From an uncultured delta proteobacterium (GTDB lineage: Bacteria; Desulfobacterota; Binatia; UBA9968), in NCBI GenBank assembly GCA_963745835.1, contig CAVUZH010000014.1, positions 96,001-160,000 of the forward strand: a stretch of 64,000 nucleotides of DNA. The letters run 5' to 3'. The stretch's first letter is position 1; every line of letters starts with the position of its first letter. The notes beneath the pieces are model-generated. The model ran no database searches, had not been told where the DNA came from, and saw nothing but the letters and a program-made list of their open reading frames with translations. Position numbers and translations under genes: made by a program. Of this stretch, positions 29,761-39,485 are shown piece by piece.

Positions 29761-29848
29761 GACCGACGCAAGATGAAGATACGCAGCAAGCAGTCAGGCA
29801 AACGGCAGAAAAACGCGCCACACTCCTGCGCTATTTTACAAACGCCGG

Positions 29849-29953
29849 TTAATTTAACAATGAGTATAGAACCTGAGCAGCCGCATAAAACACCGTAGAA
29901 CCCACAACCAACCAGACCACACCCTTCAACCATAAGGGGAAATCAGCCATCAT
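29849..29953 (-). CDS. Small 34-aa single-pass membrane protein (not in the ORF track)
   Basis: AAGGAGA RBS, then MMADFPLWLKGVVWLVVGSTVFYAAAQVLYSLLN*. Confidence 0.6.
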   Translation of the reverse strand: MMADFPLWLKGVVWLVVGSTVFYAAAQVLYSLLN

Positions 29954-30063
29954 CGTCTCCTTGCGTCTCGATACTTTAGCACCAATCACCTGCAGCCGAT
30001 TGGGCTCTCTGGGGCGAAACTTAGCGGAGGCTAGAGCGGGAGAACGAAAGACAGATGAAGCGC

Positions 30064-30366
30064 TCAGATCAAATAGACCTGGTTGACTTTGTGAAGTTTG
30101 AAGACTTTGTGAGAGAGGCTGGGGACATAGCTGGCAGTGAACTCAAGATAATGCTCGGGCAAGCTCGCGTAACGCAGAAGCGGGCGGTCCGCAGATTCGA
30201 CGATGTTACCAGCGAGGAGACCCGCTGATCCGGCGCCGCGAAAAAGAGTATCGGCGGAATTGTGGAGCTCAATCCGGTCCGGGAAATCCAAATCTTCAAT
30301 GACGTCATATCCGGAAAGAATCACCCACGAAAGAGCGAGCAACAGCGCGAGCCGTTTTCGGAGCAT
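30064..30366 (-). CDS. Hypothetical 100-aa protein with N-terminal hydrophobic segment and C-terminal KLHKxxxVYLI (leader-like)
   Basis: Signal-like N-terminus, acidic DVIEDLD patch; a degenerate homolog lies at 27443. Confidence 0.6.
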   Translation of the reverse strand: MLRKRLALLLALSWVILSGYDVIEDLDFPDRIELHNSADTLFRGAGSAGLLAGNIVESADRPLLRYASLPEHYLEFTASYVPSLSHKVFKLHKVNQVYLI

Positions 30367-30546
30367 AGACGATACTCTCCCGGCCTGCGGCAGATGTCAA
30401 TCAAGTTTATTTCGCTAAGCGCTCTTCGTCGGATGCGCGTTCGCTGAACCTTATATACAAAAAGTAAATTAGACCTCTCTAAAATACCATGAACGAACTC
30501 TAAGTTTTTAGTCGCTCTTTGCCAACCGGATGGCCAGCTGGGAGTG

Positions 30547-32943
30547 TTACTCTGCCGGTCGCACACGACAGAGATAAGATCGATGCGGCAGCGAGCCGCT
30601 GATTGGATCGGCGACATCAGAGCCAATTAGCAGGCTGGGGTTTGCCGAACCAACCCCGACCGAGGCGTAGCCGGGAAGGTCGAGTTGCTTACATTCCTGC
30701 CACCACCCATGCTGGCAACAGACGACACCCGGAGCTATAGAGTCCGTGACACGCGCCCTTGCGGTGATCGCCCCACGAGGGCTTTCGATAATCATCCAGT
30801 CACGGTTCTTGATTCCGTAAGACACTGCTGTATCGGGATGAATATCCGCGGTTGGCTCGGGCGATGACTTACGCAGACTGGAGAGACCGCGCAGCTGGCT
30901 ATGGATGTAAGTTGTAAACTTCGCGTTGGTCAGCACCAGTGGGTATTCGTCGGCCAGATCGCTCCGGCTGAGTGGGCCGATCAAAGGTTCCACATACTCG
31001 GGCAGAGGTGAAAAGCCATGAGCGGCAAACGTATGCGAGTAGATCTCCACTTTCTTATCCGGCGTGTTAAACCCGCGAGCAATGCCGTGCTCATTGTTTG
31101 CGGCGAATTTTCGATAACGCGGCGTCGCGGCAACGCTGATTCCTCCTGCAGACCTTTTGAGTTGCGCAAGGGTTACGCCGGTTGGCTGCAACTCGTGCTC
31201 GTAGCCAGCTTCTATATCGCCTTCCCAGAACTCACGGCCGACACCCACGCGTTTAGCTAATTCGAAGATCATCCAGGTATCCGAACGTCGCTCGGCCAGA
31301 GGGGGAACCACCGCTGAGCGATATTGTAAATGAAGTTTTCCTGTTGGCCGGTGTTCAAATCCGGCGGCTAAATTGCCCATCTCAAGAAAGCTTGTGGCCG
31401 GCAAAACATAATCGCAGAGTTCCGCTGTAGGCGTCATGAATAGCTCGGTGGCCACAGCAAAATCGAGAGCGCGAAACGCCTCTCGCGCCCGCTGCGAATC
31501 GCCGGTAGACATAATGGTATTGGAGCCGAAATTCAAAACTGCCTTGACCGGATACGGAATGCCTTCGAGGATGGCGGTAAAAATGTCGTACGCGGCGCAA
31601 TTGCCGGGTTTCGCCGGTGGTCCAAGCGGTTTACGCTCGCGCCCGATCCTCTGGAGTGCGACGTTCTGTGGCAGAAATTCTTTACCCGAGACAGCGTTGA
31701 CTGGCGCCTTAGGGAAAACTACGTTGCCGCCGGGCCGGTCAAAATCCCCTAAAAGGGCGTACAGCGTTGCAATCGCCCGACTGGTCTGTGTCGCATTGGT
31801 GTGCTGCCCCACGCCATTGTGCATATACAAGCTGACCGGGCGATTCGCCGCCAGCAGATGCGCTGCCTGCCTGACCTTCTCACCGGACACCCAAGTAATA
31901 GCTTGGGAGCGCGCAGCATTATGAGTCGCTGCGAGAACTGCAAGCGCGGCGAACACCGGCTGGCAGAGAATTTCTTGGCCGGTTTTCGTTTTGATACTGC
32001 GCTCACCCGTCAGTGCAGGCCGGACCGACGACTTTTCGAAACTACCCGAGCTTGCATCATACATAACAGGAGCATCAGCGTTTTCGTCCCATACAATAAA
32101 TCGTTGCGCTGATCCGCCGACCATGAGATCGGCTTCCGTCAAAACCGTTCCGGTATCGCTTCGCACGAGAAGCGGCCCGTTAGTCCATTGACTCACGAAC
32201 TCGCGGTCGTAGAGCTTTTCTTCGATGACAACATCGATCAGAGCCAACGCCAATGCGCCATCCGCGCCGGGCCTAACTTGCAGCAGAACGTCCGCCTGCG
32301 CCGCAGTTCCTACGCGCCGTGGATCGACGGCGACGATTTTCATGCCGCGTTTTTTCGCCGCAACGATGTCATGAGCCAGAATCAAAGACGTCGAGCTCGG
32401 GTTATGACCCCAGAGGAGAAAGGTGTTGCTTTGAGCTACGTCGGGCGTAGGAATTTCCACGCCGAACGTGTAGCTAAAACCGGTATCCTTGTGCCAGTTA
32501 CAAACATGCGTAGTGGAAACCCAGTTGGGGCTTCCAAAGCTGTTGAGAAAGCGCGCCAGCCAGCGCTCGGCATCGGAAACGGATGTGCCGCCGCGTGTGC
32601 CTTTGGCCAAGGCGACTGCGCGCGCACCGAAGCGCTCGCGAATAGAAATCAGCCGCTCGGCGATTTCGTTCAGCGCCTGATCCCAGCTGACCCGTTGCCA
32701 GCCGGGATCGGCATCGCCTTTCGGGCGTGTGCGCTTGAGCGGATAATTCAGTCGATCGGGATGATAAACCAACTCAGGCGCCGCTTTGCCCTTGATGCAC
32801 AGCACGCCCCCGTTGGGATGATCATGGTCCGCATCGAGGCGAGTTACCTTACCGTCTTCCACTGTTGCGATAGTTGCGCAGTGAGCCGTGCAAAGCGCAC
32901 AGTAGCCGCGCACCCTGTGCGAACGTTCTGTGTGATCGGGCAT
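30547..32943 (-). CDS. Molybdopterin (Mo/W-bisPGD) oxidoreductase catalytic subunit, cytoplasmic
   Basis: CALCTAHC...LCIKG 4Fe-4S motif, HPDRLNYPLKR, WGHNP, VDPR, DYVLPA, C-terminal molydopterin-binding domain; no Tat signal. Confidence 0.9.
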   Translation of the reverse strand: MPDHTERSHRVRGYCALCTAHCATIATVEDGKVTRLDADHDHPNGGVLCIKGKAAPELVYHPDRLNYPLKRTRPKGDADPGWQRVSWDQALNEIAERLISIRERFGARAVALAKGTRGGTSVSDAERWLARFLNSFGSPNWVSTTHVCNWHKDTGFSYTFGVEIPTPDVAQSNTFLLWGHNPSSTSLILAHDIVAAKKRGMKIVAVDPRRVGTAAQADVLLQVRPGADGALALALIDVVIEEKLYDREFVSQWTNGPLLVRSDTGTVLTEADLMVGGSAQRFIVWDENADAPVMYDASSGSFEKSSVRPALTGERSIKTKTGQEILCQPVFAALAVLAATHNAARSQAITWVSGEKVRQAAHLLAANRPVSLYMHNGVGQHTNATQTSRAIATLYALLGDFDRPGGNVVFPKAPVNAVSGKEFLPQNVALQRIGRERKPLGPPAKPGNCAAYDIFTAILEGIPYPVKAVLNFGSNTIMSTGDSQRAREAFRALDFAVATELFMTPTAELCDYVLPATSFLEMGNLAAGFEHRPTGKLHLQYRSAVVPPLAERRSDTWMIFELAKRVGVGREFWEGDIEAGYEHELQPTGVTLAQLKRSAGGISVAATPRYRKFAANNEHGIARGFNTPDKKVEIYSHTFAAHGFSPLPEYVEPLIGPLSRSDLADEYPLVLTNAKFTTYIHSQLRGLSSLRKSSPEPTADIHPDTAVSYGIKNRDWMIIESPRGAITARARVTDSIAPGVVCCQHGWWQECKQLDLPGYASVGVGSANPSLLIGSDVADPISGSLPHRSYLCRVRPAE

Positions 32944-32988
32944 AGAGTGGAGACTATGTCAAAGGCCGATGGATGCGCAACTCTCCGC

Positions 32989-33007
32989 CGTCTCGAAATT
33001 CGAGACG
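32989..33007. promoter_or_regulatory. Perfect palindrome upstream of the molybdoenzyme gene, operator candidate
   Basis: CGTCTCGAA-A-TTCGAGACG, 45 bp before the start codon. Confidence 0.4.
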
Positions 33008-33234
33008 AATTCTCGTCGTTAGGCAACGATAAATTCTGACGTTTACTAACAATTACTTTGTGAGGCTGCTCAATTCGTCGTAGAAATTTATGGATTCGCC
33101 CAGGGCAGGTAAGCTAGGAACGAGAAGGAGCGCAAAGTGCAACAGGTAGCGCGAGTACGATACGTTCCGGAACACGAACTTTGTTAGGAGGCTCGATCAA
33201 TTAACACTCAGCGTCAATTGTCTCTATCATGATC

Positions 33235-35070
33235 TCAGCGGTTGCGCAGTCGTTCACCGATGGCGCGCGCGAGGGGACTGGTCTCGAGTATTTCCAGAGA
33301 TTCAGGCAATGCCAGAGACCACGATGTCTCTGTGGTGCCCGGGATGTTGGGTCGCTGTTCCACGGCCAAAGCATCTTCCAATGTCGCCGTGACGATCGCC
33401 GAAGGCGCTTGCGCCAGAAGCTCGTAGGTCCGGGTGATCACTTCTTCGACCGGAGTCTCGTCGGTAATCCCCGTCATCGCGCTCAGCCGTTCGGCGATTT
33501 TCAAAGTCCCTTCTTCATTGGGCTCCAGCCCCAGTTCACGCTGCGCCTTGAGATCAGCGCCGCTCCACAAACCGGCAACCGTCGGCAAATCGTGGGTGGT
33601 CACCGCCCCAAGCGCCAATTCAGGATATCGCGCCGGCGGATCGCTCTCGAACCAGAGTAGCCGATAAGACAGGATGCGGCTTTCAGCGAGCTGCTTACGA
33701 ACACCCTCTTCCACCGTGCCGAGATCTTCGCCGACGATATACGCTTTCGACCGTTCGCTTTCCAAAGCCAGTATGGCTAATAACTCATGCTCGGGATAAC
33801 GAACGTAAGCCCCGGCAGTGGGACCTGCGCCTTGCGGAATCCAGAACAAACGGAACAAGCCCATGACATGATCAATTCGAAGTCCTCCGGCATGTCGCAA
33901 TGCTCCCCTTAGCGTCTGGATGAACGGATCATAGCCGGCGGCGCGCAGCTTTGATGGAACAAACGGCGGCAAACCCCAATCTTGACCTTGCATATTGTAT
34001 TCGTCGGGGGGACTGCCGATGCTAAATCCCTCGGCAAACACCTCCTGCCAGGCCCAGGCATCGGCGCCGTTGGCATCAACTCCGATGGGCAGATCTTGCA
34101 TCAAGGAAATTTCGACAGCGGCTTTTGCTAATTGCTCATCGAGCAGCCACTGCAGCCATTGAAAATAGCGCACACGGTTGGACCGCTCGCCGGCAAAACG
34201 GGTCACTGCAGGTGAATCCGGTGTGCGATACTCGCCGGGCCACTGGCGCCAGCCCGCTTGATAGTGCTCAGCGAGCGCACAAAAGGCGGCAAATTGTTCT
34301 AGCGGTTCTCCTTGGTCGCGGCAGAAATTTTCGAAATGGGAATCCCCTGAAAAGCGCTGCCATAGTATCTCTAACGCATCTTTCTTGAGCTTGAATACCG
34401 AATCACGATCGATGCGTTGCTGGCGATTAAGAGCTTTGCCGGCGGCCGCGATTCGTTCCAGATCAAGCTGAAGCTCAGCGGCGCCCGGGATCTCCTCGAT
34501 ACGCAGGTACAGTGGGTTGCGAAAACGCCGGCTACTGGGAAAATAGGGACTTCGCTCCTGCTGCGCATAGGGCGATGCTGCGCCCAGCGGATTGATTAAA
34601 AGCAACCCGGCGTTGAGCTCCCGTGCCGACCAGCGGCCCAACTCACGCAGATCGGCCAAATCCCCGATCCCCCAGCTTCCATCGGATCGAAGCGCATAAA
34701 GCTGCGCCGACCAACCCCAAATCCGCAGATGTTCGGGCAGATAACAGACTCCCGGGCTGACAATTAATTTAGTTTCGCGCTCACGATCCAGATAGCGCAA
34801 CGTGTGATAGCCGAGCGGTAGATCCTCCGGCAGTTCACTTTCCACTTGCAGAGCTGTGCTGTCCTCCAGCGTAATTTCCGCCGGGCCGGACAGGTGTCTT
34901 CGCTCGCCGCGCCGAAGAACCCAGACCGGCGCGCCCTCTTCTTCCGGCATTTGCCCCATCGCTGCGAGGATCGCCGCGTAGGTCTCATCACTGGCTTCAC
35001 GCCAGTTGCCGAAGGCATCCTGGTAATGCTTGACGATAGCTGTTGAGTTGTCCGCGTTCGCCATGGTCAT
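33235..35070 (-). CDS. malQ: 4-alpha-glucanotransferase (GH77)
   Basis: QLYALRS..WGIGD, SPYFPSSR, DLPIG, GQDWGLPP, RIDHVMG, GEDLG, TTHDLPT. Confidence 0.93.
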   Translation of the reverse strand: MTMANADNSTAIVKHYQDAFGNWREASDETYAAILAAMGQMPEEEGAPVWVLRRGERRHLSGPAEITLEDSTALQVESELPEDLPLGYHTLRYLDRERETKLIVSPGVCYLPEHLRIWGWSAQLYALRSDGSWGIGDLADLRELGRWSARELNAGLLLINPLGAASPYAQQERSPYFPSSRRFRNPLYLRIEEIPGAAELQLDLERIAAAGKALNRQQRIDRDSVFKLKKDALEILWQRFSGDSHFENFCRDQGEPLEQFAAFCALAEHYQAGWRQWPGEYRTPDSPAVTRFAGERSNRVRYFQWLQWLLDEQLAKAAVEISLMQDLPIGVDANGADAWAWQEVFAEGFSIGSPPDEYNMQGQDWGLPPFVPSKLRAAGYDPFIQTLRGALRHAGGLRIDHVMGLFRLFWIPQGAGPTAGAYVRYPEHELLAILALESERSKAYIVGEDLGTVEEGVRKQLAESRILSYRLLWFESDPPARYPELALGAVTTHDLPTVAGLWSGADLKAQRELGLEPNEEGTLKIAERLSAMTGITDETPVEEVITRTYELLAQAPSAIVTATLEDALAVEQRPNIPGTTETSWSLALPESLEILETSPLARAIGERLRNR

Positions 35071-36830
35071 TGCCTCATCGCAGAACCGCGATTGCCGATC
35101 GCCTCAACGATGGCCACAGAGTCCGGCGCCAGTTCGATGCCGTTGCCAACGAGTTTAATTTCTTTATCCGAAGCAAGGACGATGCGCGCATCTTTGCCGA
35201 TGCTTAGCGGCGTTCGCTGCCGGCAGTCGCTTAGATTACATGCTACCGCTATCGGACCACGCGCCATGACCAGCCATTTCGCTTGCTCGTCACAGGTTAC
35301 GGTGACACGGTCCAGCCGTCCATCGGAGAGCGCGGCCAATTCATGGCGCAGCCGGATCACTTGGCGGTGCCAATCGAGCATCTCAGCATGCGGCCCGCCT
35401 CTGCATTCTTCCCACACGAGCTTGGAACGGTCGAAGGTCTCAAGCGCTTGCGGATCCGGAACATCGTTCGAGTGCGCGCTGAAGGCGGCAAATTCGCGCC
35501 GGCGGCCTTCCGTTACCAAGCGGCCGAGTTCAGCATCTTCATGATTTGTAAAATACAAAAACGGCGAACTCGCGGCCCATTCTTCGCCTTGGAAAAACAT
35601 CGGAATGAAAGGCGCGCTCAGCACTAAGGCAGCAGCGATCTTAAGCCTTCCGAGACTTAAGAGATGACTGCTCCGTTCTCCTTTGGCGCGGTTACCAACC
35701 TGATCGTGATTCTGCAAGTAGCCGAGAAAAGAGTGGCCGAGAATTCCCTTGGGAGGTCTTCCATGTCTGCGTCTGCGAAATGCCGAATAATTACCGTCAT
35801 GGACGAATACCCGCTCGATTGCTTTGGCCAAATCCGCCAGTGAGCCGAAATCGGCATAGTAGCCGTCGCGTTCACCGGTGAGCACAGTATGCAACGCATG
35901 ATGGAAATCATCGCTCCACTGAGCGTGGATACCATAACCGCCGATCTCCTGGGAGCGTACGATTTTAGGATCATTGAGATCGCTCTCGGCGATCAGAATC
36001 AAATGCCGGCCGCTTTGGGCCTCCAGTTCGGTCACCTCACAGACCAGCTGTTCAAGAAGGTGCGTAGCAGAGGTGTCGATCAGCGCGTGCACCGCATCGA
36101 GGCGCAGTCCATCGAAGTGATAATCGCGCAGCCACATCAACGCGTTGTCGCATACAAAACGCCGAACTTCATCGCTGTCCGGCCCGTCGAAGTTTATCGC
36201 CTGGCCCCAGGGCGTGGCATACCGCTCAGTGAAATACGGTCCAAAGCGCGCCAGATAATTCCCCGCCGGTCCCAAGTGATTGTAAACGACATCGAGAATC
36301 ACCGCCAAGCCGCGCCCATGACAGGCATTTACCAGACGCTTTAGCTCATCCGGCCCGCCATAGGCATGGTGCGGCGCGTACAGGTCGGCGCCGTCATAAC
36401 CCCAGCCTCGGCTACCGGAGAACTCGGCCACCGGCATCAACTCGATATGTGTGATACCGAGGTCGACTAAATAGTCGAGCTTGTCGATCACCCCGGCAAA
36501 AGTTCCTTGCGGCGTGAAAGTACCGACATGGAGCTCGTAGATAATGGCCGCGGATAGCGGTCCGGCTTGCCAGCGCTGATCGGTCCATGAAAATGCTTTA
36601 TGATCGACCATGCGTGAGGCGCCATGGATGCCCCGGGGCTGCCAGGGCGAGCGCGGGTCGGGCAGAGGCTCACCGCCATCGAGCACGAAGGCATAGTCAA
36701 CACGATTTTGATCGAAAGCTAGCTCGCCGTGCCACCACCCGTAATCAGTGGCCGTCATCGGCTGCCGGCTGCCGGCAACATCGAGTTCAACCCGTTGCGC
36801 ATGAGGCGCCCATACTCGGAACGGAATCAT
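35067..36830 (-). CDS. treZ: Malto-oligosyltrehalose trehalohydrolase (GH13)
   Basis: FRVWAP, YELHVGTF, WGYDG, DVVYNHLGP, LRLDAVH, QNHDQVGNR. Confidence 0.93.
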   Translation of the reverse strand: MIPFRVWAPHAQRVELDVAGSRQPMTATDYGWWHGELAFDQNRVDYAFVLDGGEPLPDPRSPWQPRGIHGASRMVDHKAFSWTDQRWQAGPLSAAIIYELHVGTFTPQGTFAGVIDKLDYLVDLGITHIELMPVAEFSGSRGWGYDGADLYAPHHAYGGPDELKRLVNACHGRGLAVILDVVYNHLGPAGNYLARFGPYFTERYATPWGQAINFDGPDSDEVRRFVCDNALMWLRDYHFDGLRLDAVHALIDTSATHLLEQLVCEVTELEAQSGRHLILIAESDLNDPKIVRSQEIGGYGIHAQWSDDFHHALHTVLTGERDGYYADFGSLADLAKAIERVFVHDGNYSAFRRRRHGRPPKGILGHSFLGYLQNHDQVGNRAKGERSSHLLSLGRLKIAAALVLSAPFIPMFFQGEEWAASSPFLYFTNHEDAELGRLVTEGRRREFAAFSAHSNDVPDPQALETFDRSKLVWEECRGGPHAEMLDWHRQVIRLRHELAALSDGRLDRVTVTCDEQAKWLVMARGPIAVACNLSDCRQRTPLSIGKDARIVLASDKEIKLVGNGIELAPDSVAIVEAIGNRGSAMRQ

Positions 36831-39485
36831 CGGACTTCTTCCTCTCGTAACAAAAGCGCTACCGGAAAACGCTTTAACAGCTTAGCCACTGGAGCGACGC
36901 CGCCAGCCGACGTTTCGCCGGTGAGGTGATTGCGCCAACGTCCGTTGGGGATTTCGATGACGGTGTCGCCCCACTCTCCGGCGAGCTTCAAAGTCAAACG
37001 CGGCACCACCGTCACTGCGCGCTGGTTGCGCGCAAACGCGATGATATGTTCGCGTTTTCGCTCCGGATGGCGTCAATGCGCGGTAACTGTCCTGCGGCTG
37101 AAATAGTTTCCGCTCGTGCCGCGCTTTGAGAGTTTGCCGGATCAACCACAATTTAGGCAGACCCTCATCTGCCCGGGCCAATATCTGCTCGGGTGACATG
37201 CATTTTATCTCGGCAAGCAACCGGCGCCTCGATTGATAATCCACCGGCCGACGGTTGTCGGGATCGACTAGACTTAGATCCCAGAGTTCACTGCCTTGGT
37301 AAAAATCGGGAATGCCGGGGGCGGTGAGTTTAATCAGTGTCTGCGCCAGCGAATTATCCGGCCTGGCTCAACCAGCGGTCTGACGAAACTTTCCAGACTT
37401 TCCGTGAACTCGCAATTGTTCATGATGTCTTCGACGAAAGCTCGCAAAGCATCGTCGTAGATCGGATTCGGATCGGTCCAGGAGGTATGGGTCTTGGCCT
37501 CACGGGATGCTTTCTCCATGTAGGCAAGAACGCGCTCGATTTCGATCGGCCAGGCGCCGACCATGGTTTGATAAAGCAGGTATTCAGTATTTCGATCGGG
37601 AAAGCCCTCGCGGCGATAGCCGCCGTTGAGCTCGGCCCATCTTGTCACCGTCTCCATCCAACGCTCTGGAATTTCTGAAAGCAAATTGATGCGCGCGCGC
37701 ACATCCTCGCTGCGCTTCGTGTCATGTGTCGAGGAAGCGAGCATGGTGCGCGGCCAGCGTGCCTGGGCCGCGGCGCAGCCTAGGTGGAATTCATCTGGAG
37801 ACAGGCCGAAGCGTCCCGGATCGCCGCCCACTTCGTTCAGCGAAACCAGGCGGTTGAAACAATAAAAAGCGGTGTCTTCGACACCCTTGGCCATCACCGG
37901 CCCGGTCAGTTGCTGCAAACGCATGACCCACTCAGTCTCGAGCTGGCCGCGGTGGCGCAGGAGAAGAATGCCGCGAAAGAAATCGAACAACTCACTATCC
38001 AGGTCCGGCCGCCGCGCCTTGGCATCATCGATGGTGCGGTTGATGATTCGCGCATCCTCATCGCTTATAACTCCAGCTTCAGCGCGCACGTAAGTTCGAT
38101 AAATCGGGAAACACGCGATCAATTCGCGTAGCGCTTCGTGCAGCTCGTGTCGCGTGTAGTCGCGATGCCGGCGGTGGCGCTCGCAAATATCGACCAACAA
38201 AGCGGTCAGACGGTTGAGATCGCTGGCCAGAACCTCGCGCAAGACGAAATGTTTTTTGTCACGCACAACGCGCGGCAAAATCGGTCGGCTCGCCGGTGAA
38301 CTCGCCGTAAAACTCGGTCAGCGCCGCCTCCGCGGCCGGATCGACGAAAAGACTGTTCACGCGATAGATAAAGTCGTAGCCTGTGGTTCCGGCTATCGGC
38401 CATGATTCGGGAAGGCTTTCGCCAGGCTCGAGAATTTTTTCGGCTGTGATCCACGCCCGCGGGCACGCCGTATGCAGGCGATCAAAGTACTGTTCAGGAT
38501 CGCGTAGCCCGTCCGGGTGATCGACGCGGACACCGTCCAGCATCCCGCGATTAAGCCAATCGAGGATGAGCGCATGGGTTTGCGCGAACACCTGCTCGTG
38601 CTCCGACTGCAAACCCGCCAGTGTATTGATGTCGAAGAAACGCCGGTAGCCGAATTCGCGCCCTGCCGTGCGCCAAAACGCCAGGCGATAGTTCTGGCGC
38701 TCTAGTAGTGCATCCAACTGATCGGGATCCGAATTCACCTCAGCGACGATCTGATCGAGAGCCCGGGCGACTTGCGGCTGCTCTTCACAGAGCCGCACCA
38801 ACTGGCCTCGCAGGACCTCTTTGTTGCGGTGCCGCCTCTGCACCGCGGCCCAGTCAGTCGCCGTTGACGGCGGCAGTTGACGCAATGCCTCAGCGATAAA
38901 TGCTAAATCGTCCGAATCGCACCGTCGCGCGGCATTGGCGACTAGCTCATCCAAAGAGCGCGGCGAAACCGGGAACACATGATCATGATAACGGATAATA
39001 AACTGCCCGCCTTCGCGTTGCAGCGCGAGTTCGGCTTTTTCTAGCACTCGTCCGTAATGATCGCCCAGTACCGGCAGAAGAACCGTGTTGCGCAATTTGG
39101 CTTCGGGCGGATCCCAGTCGACATCGAAAAATGCCGCATAGCGGCTCGAAGGTCCGTTCTCGAGAACATCCCACCACCAGGGGTTTTCTCTGCCGCCGAT
39201 GGCCATGTGGTTAGGCACGATATCGAGCACCTGCTTGAGCCCATTTTCTTCGAGCGCGGCGCATAAGCGCGCATGACCCTCGGCTCCGCCGAGTTCCTCG
39301 TTGACCTGCTGCGGGTTCACCACGTCATAGCCATGCGTGCTGCCGGGAGCTGCTTGCAGGTAAGGTGAGCAATAAAGATGGCTGATGCCAAGTTCAGCCA
39401 GGTAATCGGTGATCGCGGCGGCATCGGTGAAGCCGAAGCCCGGATGCAACTGAATGCGGTACGTAGCCCGGAGATCAGGTGACAC
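36827..39485 (-). CDS. treY: Malto-oligosyltrehalose synthase (frameshifts near 38272, 37353 and 37057)
   Basis: ATYRIQ, STHGYDV, DIVPNHM, YRRFFDI, RVDHPDGL, EKIL, STHDTKRSED, LVDPDNRRPVD across four consecutive ORF pieces. Confidence 0.9.

Noticed and set aside
32188-33039. 283-aa plus-strand ORF
   Set aside because: Antisense to the molybdoenzyme gene; no recognisable features
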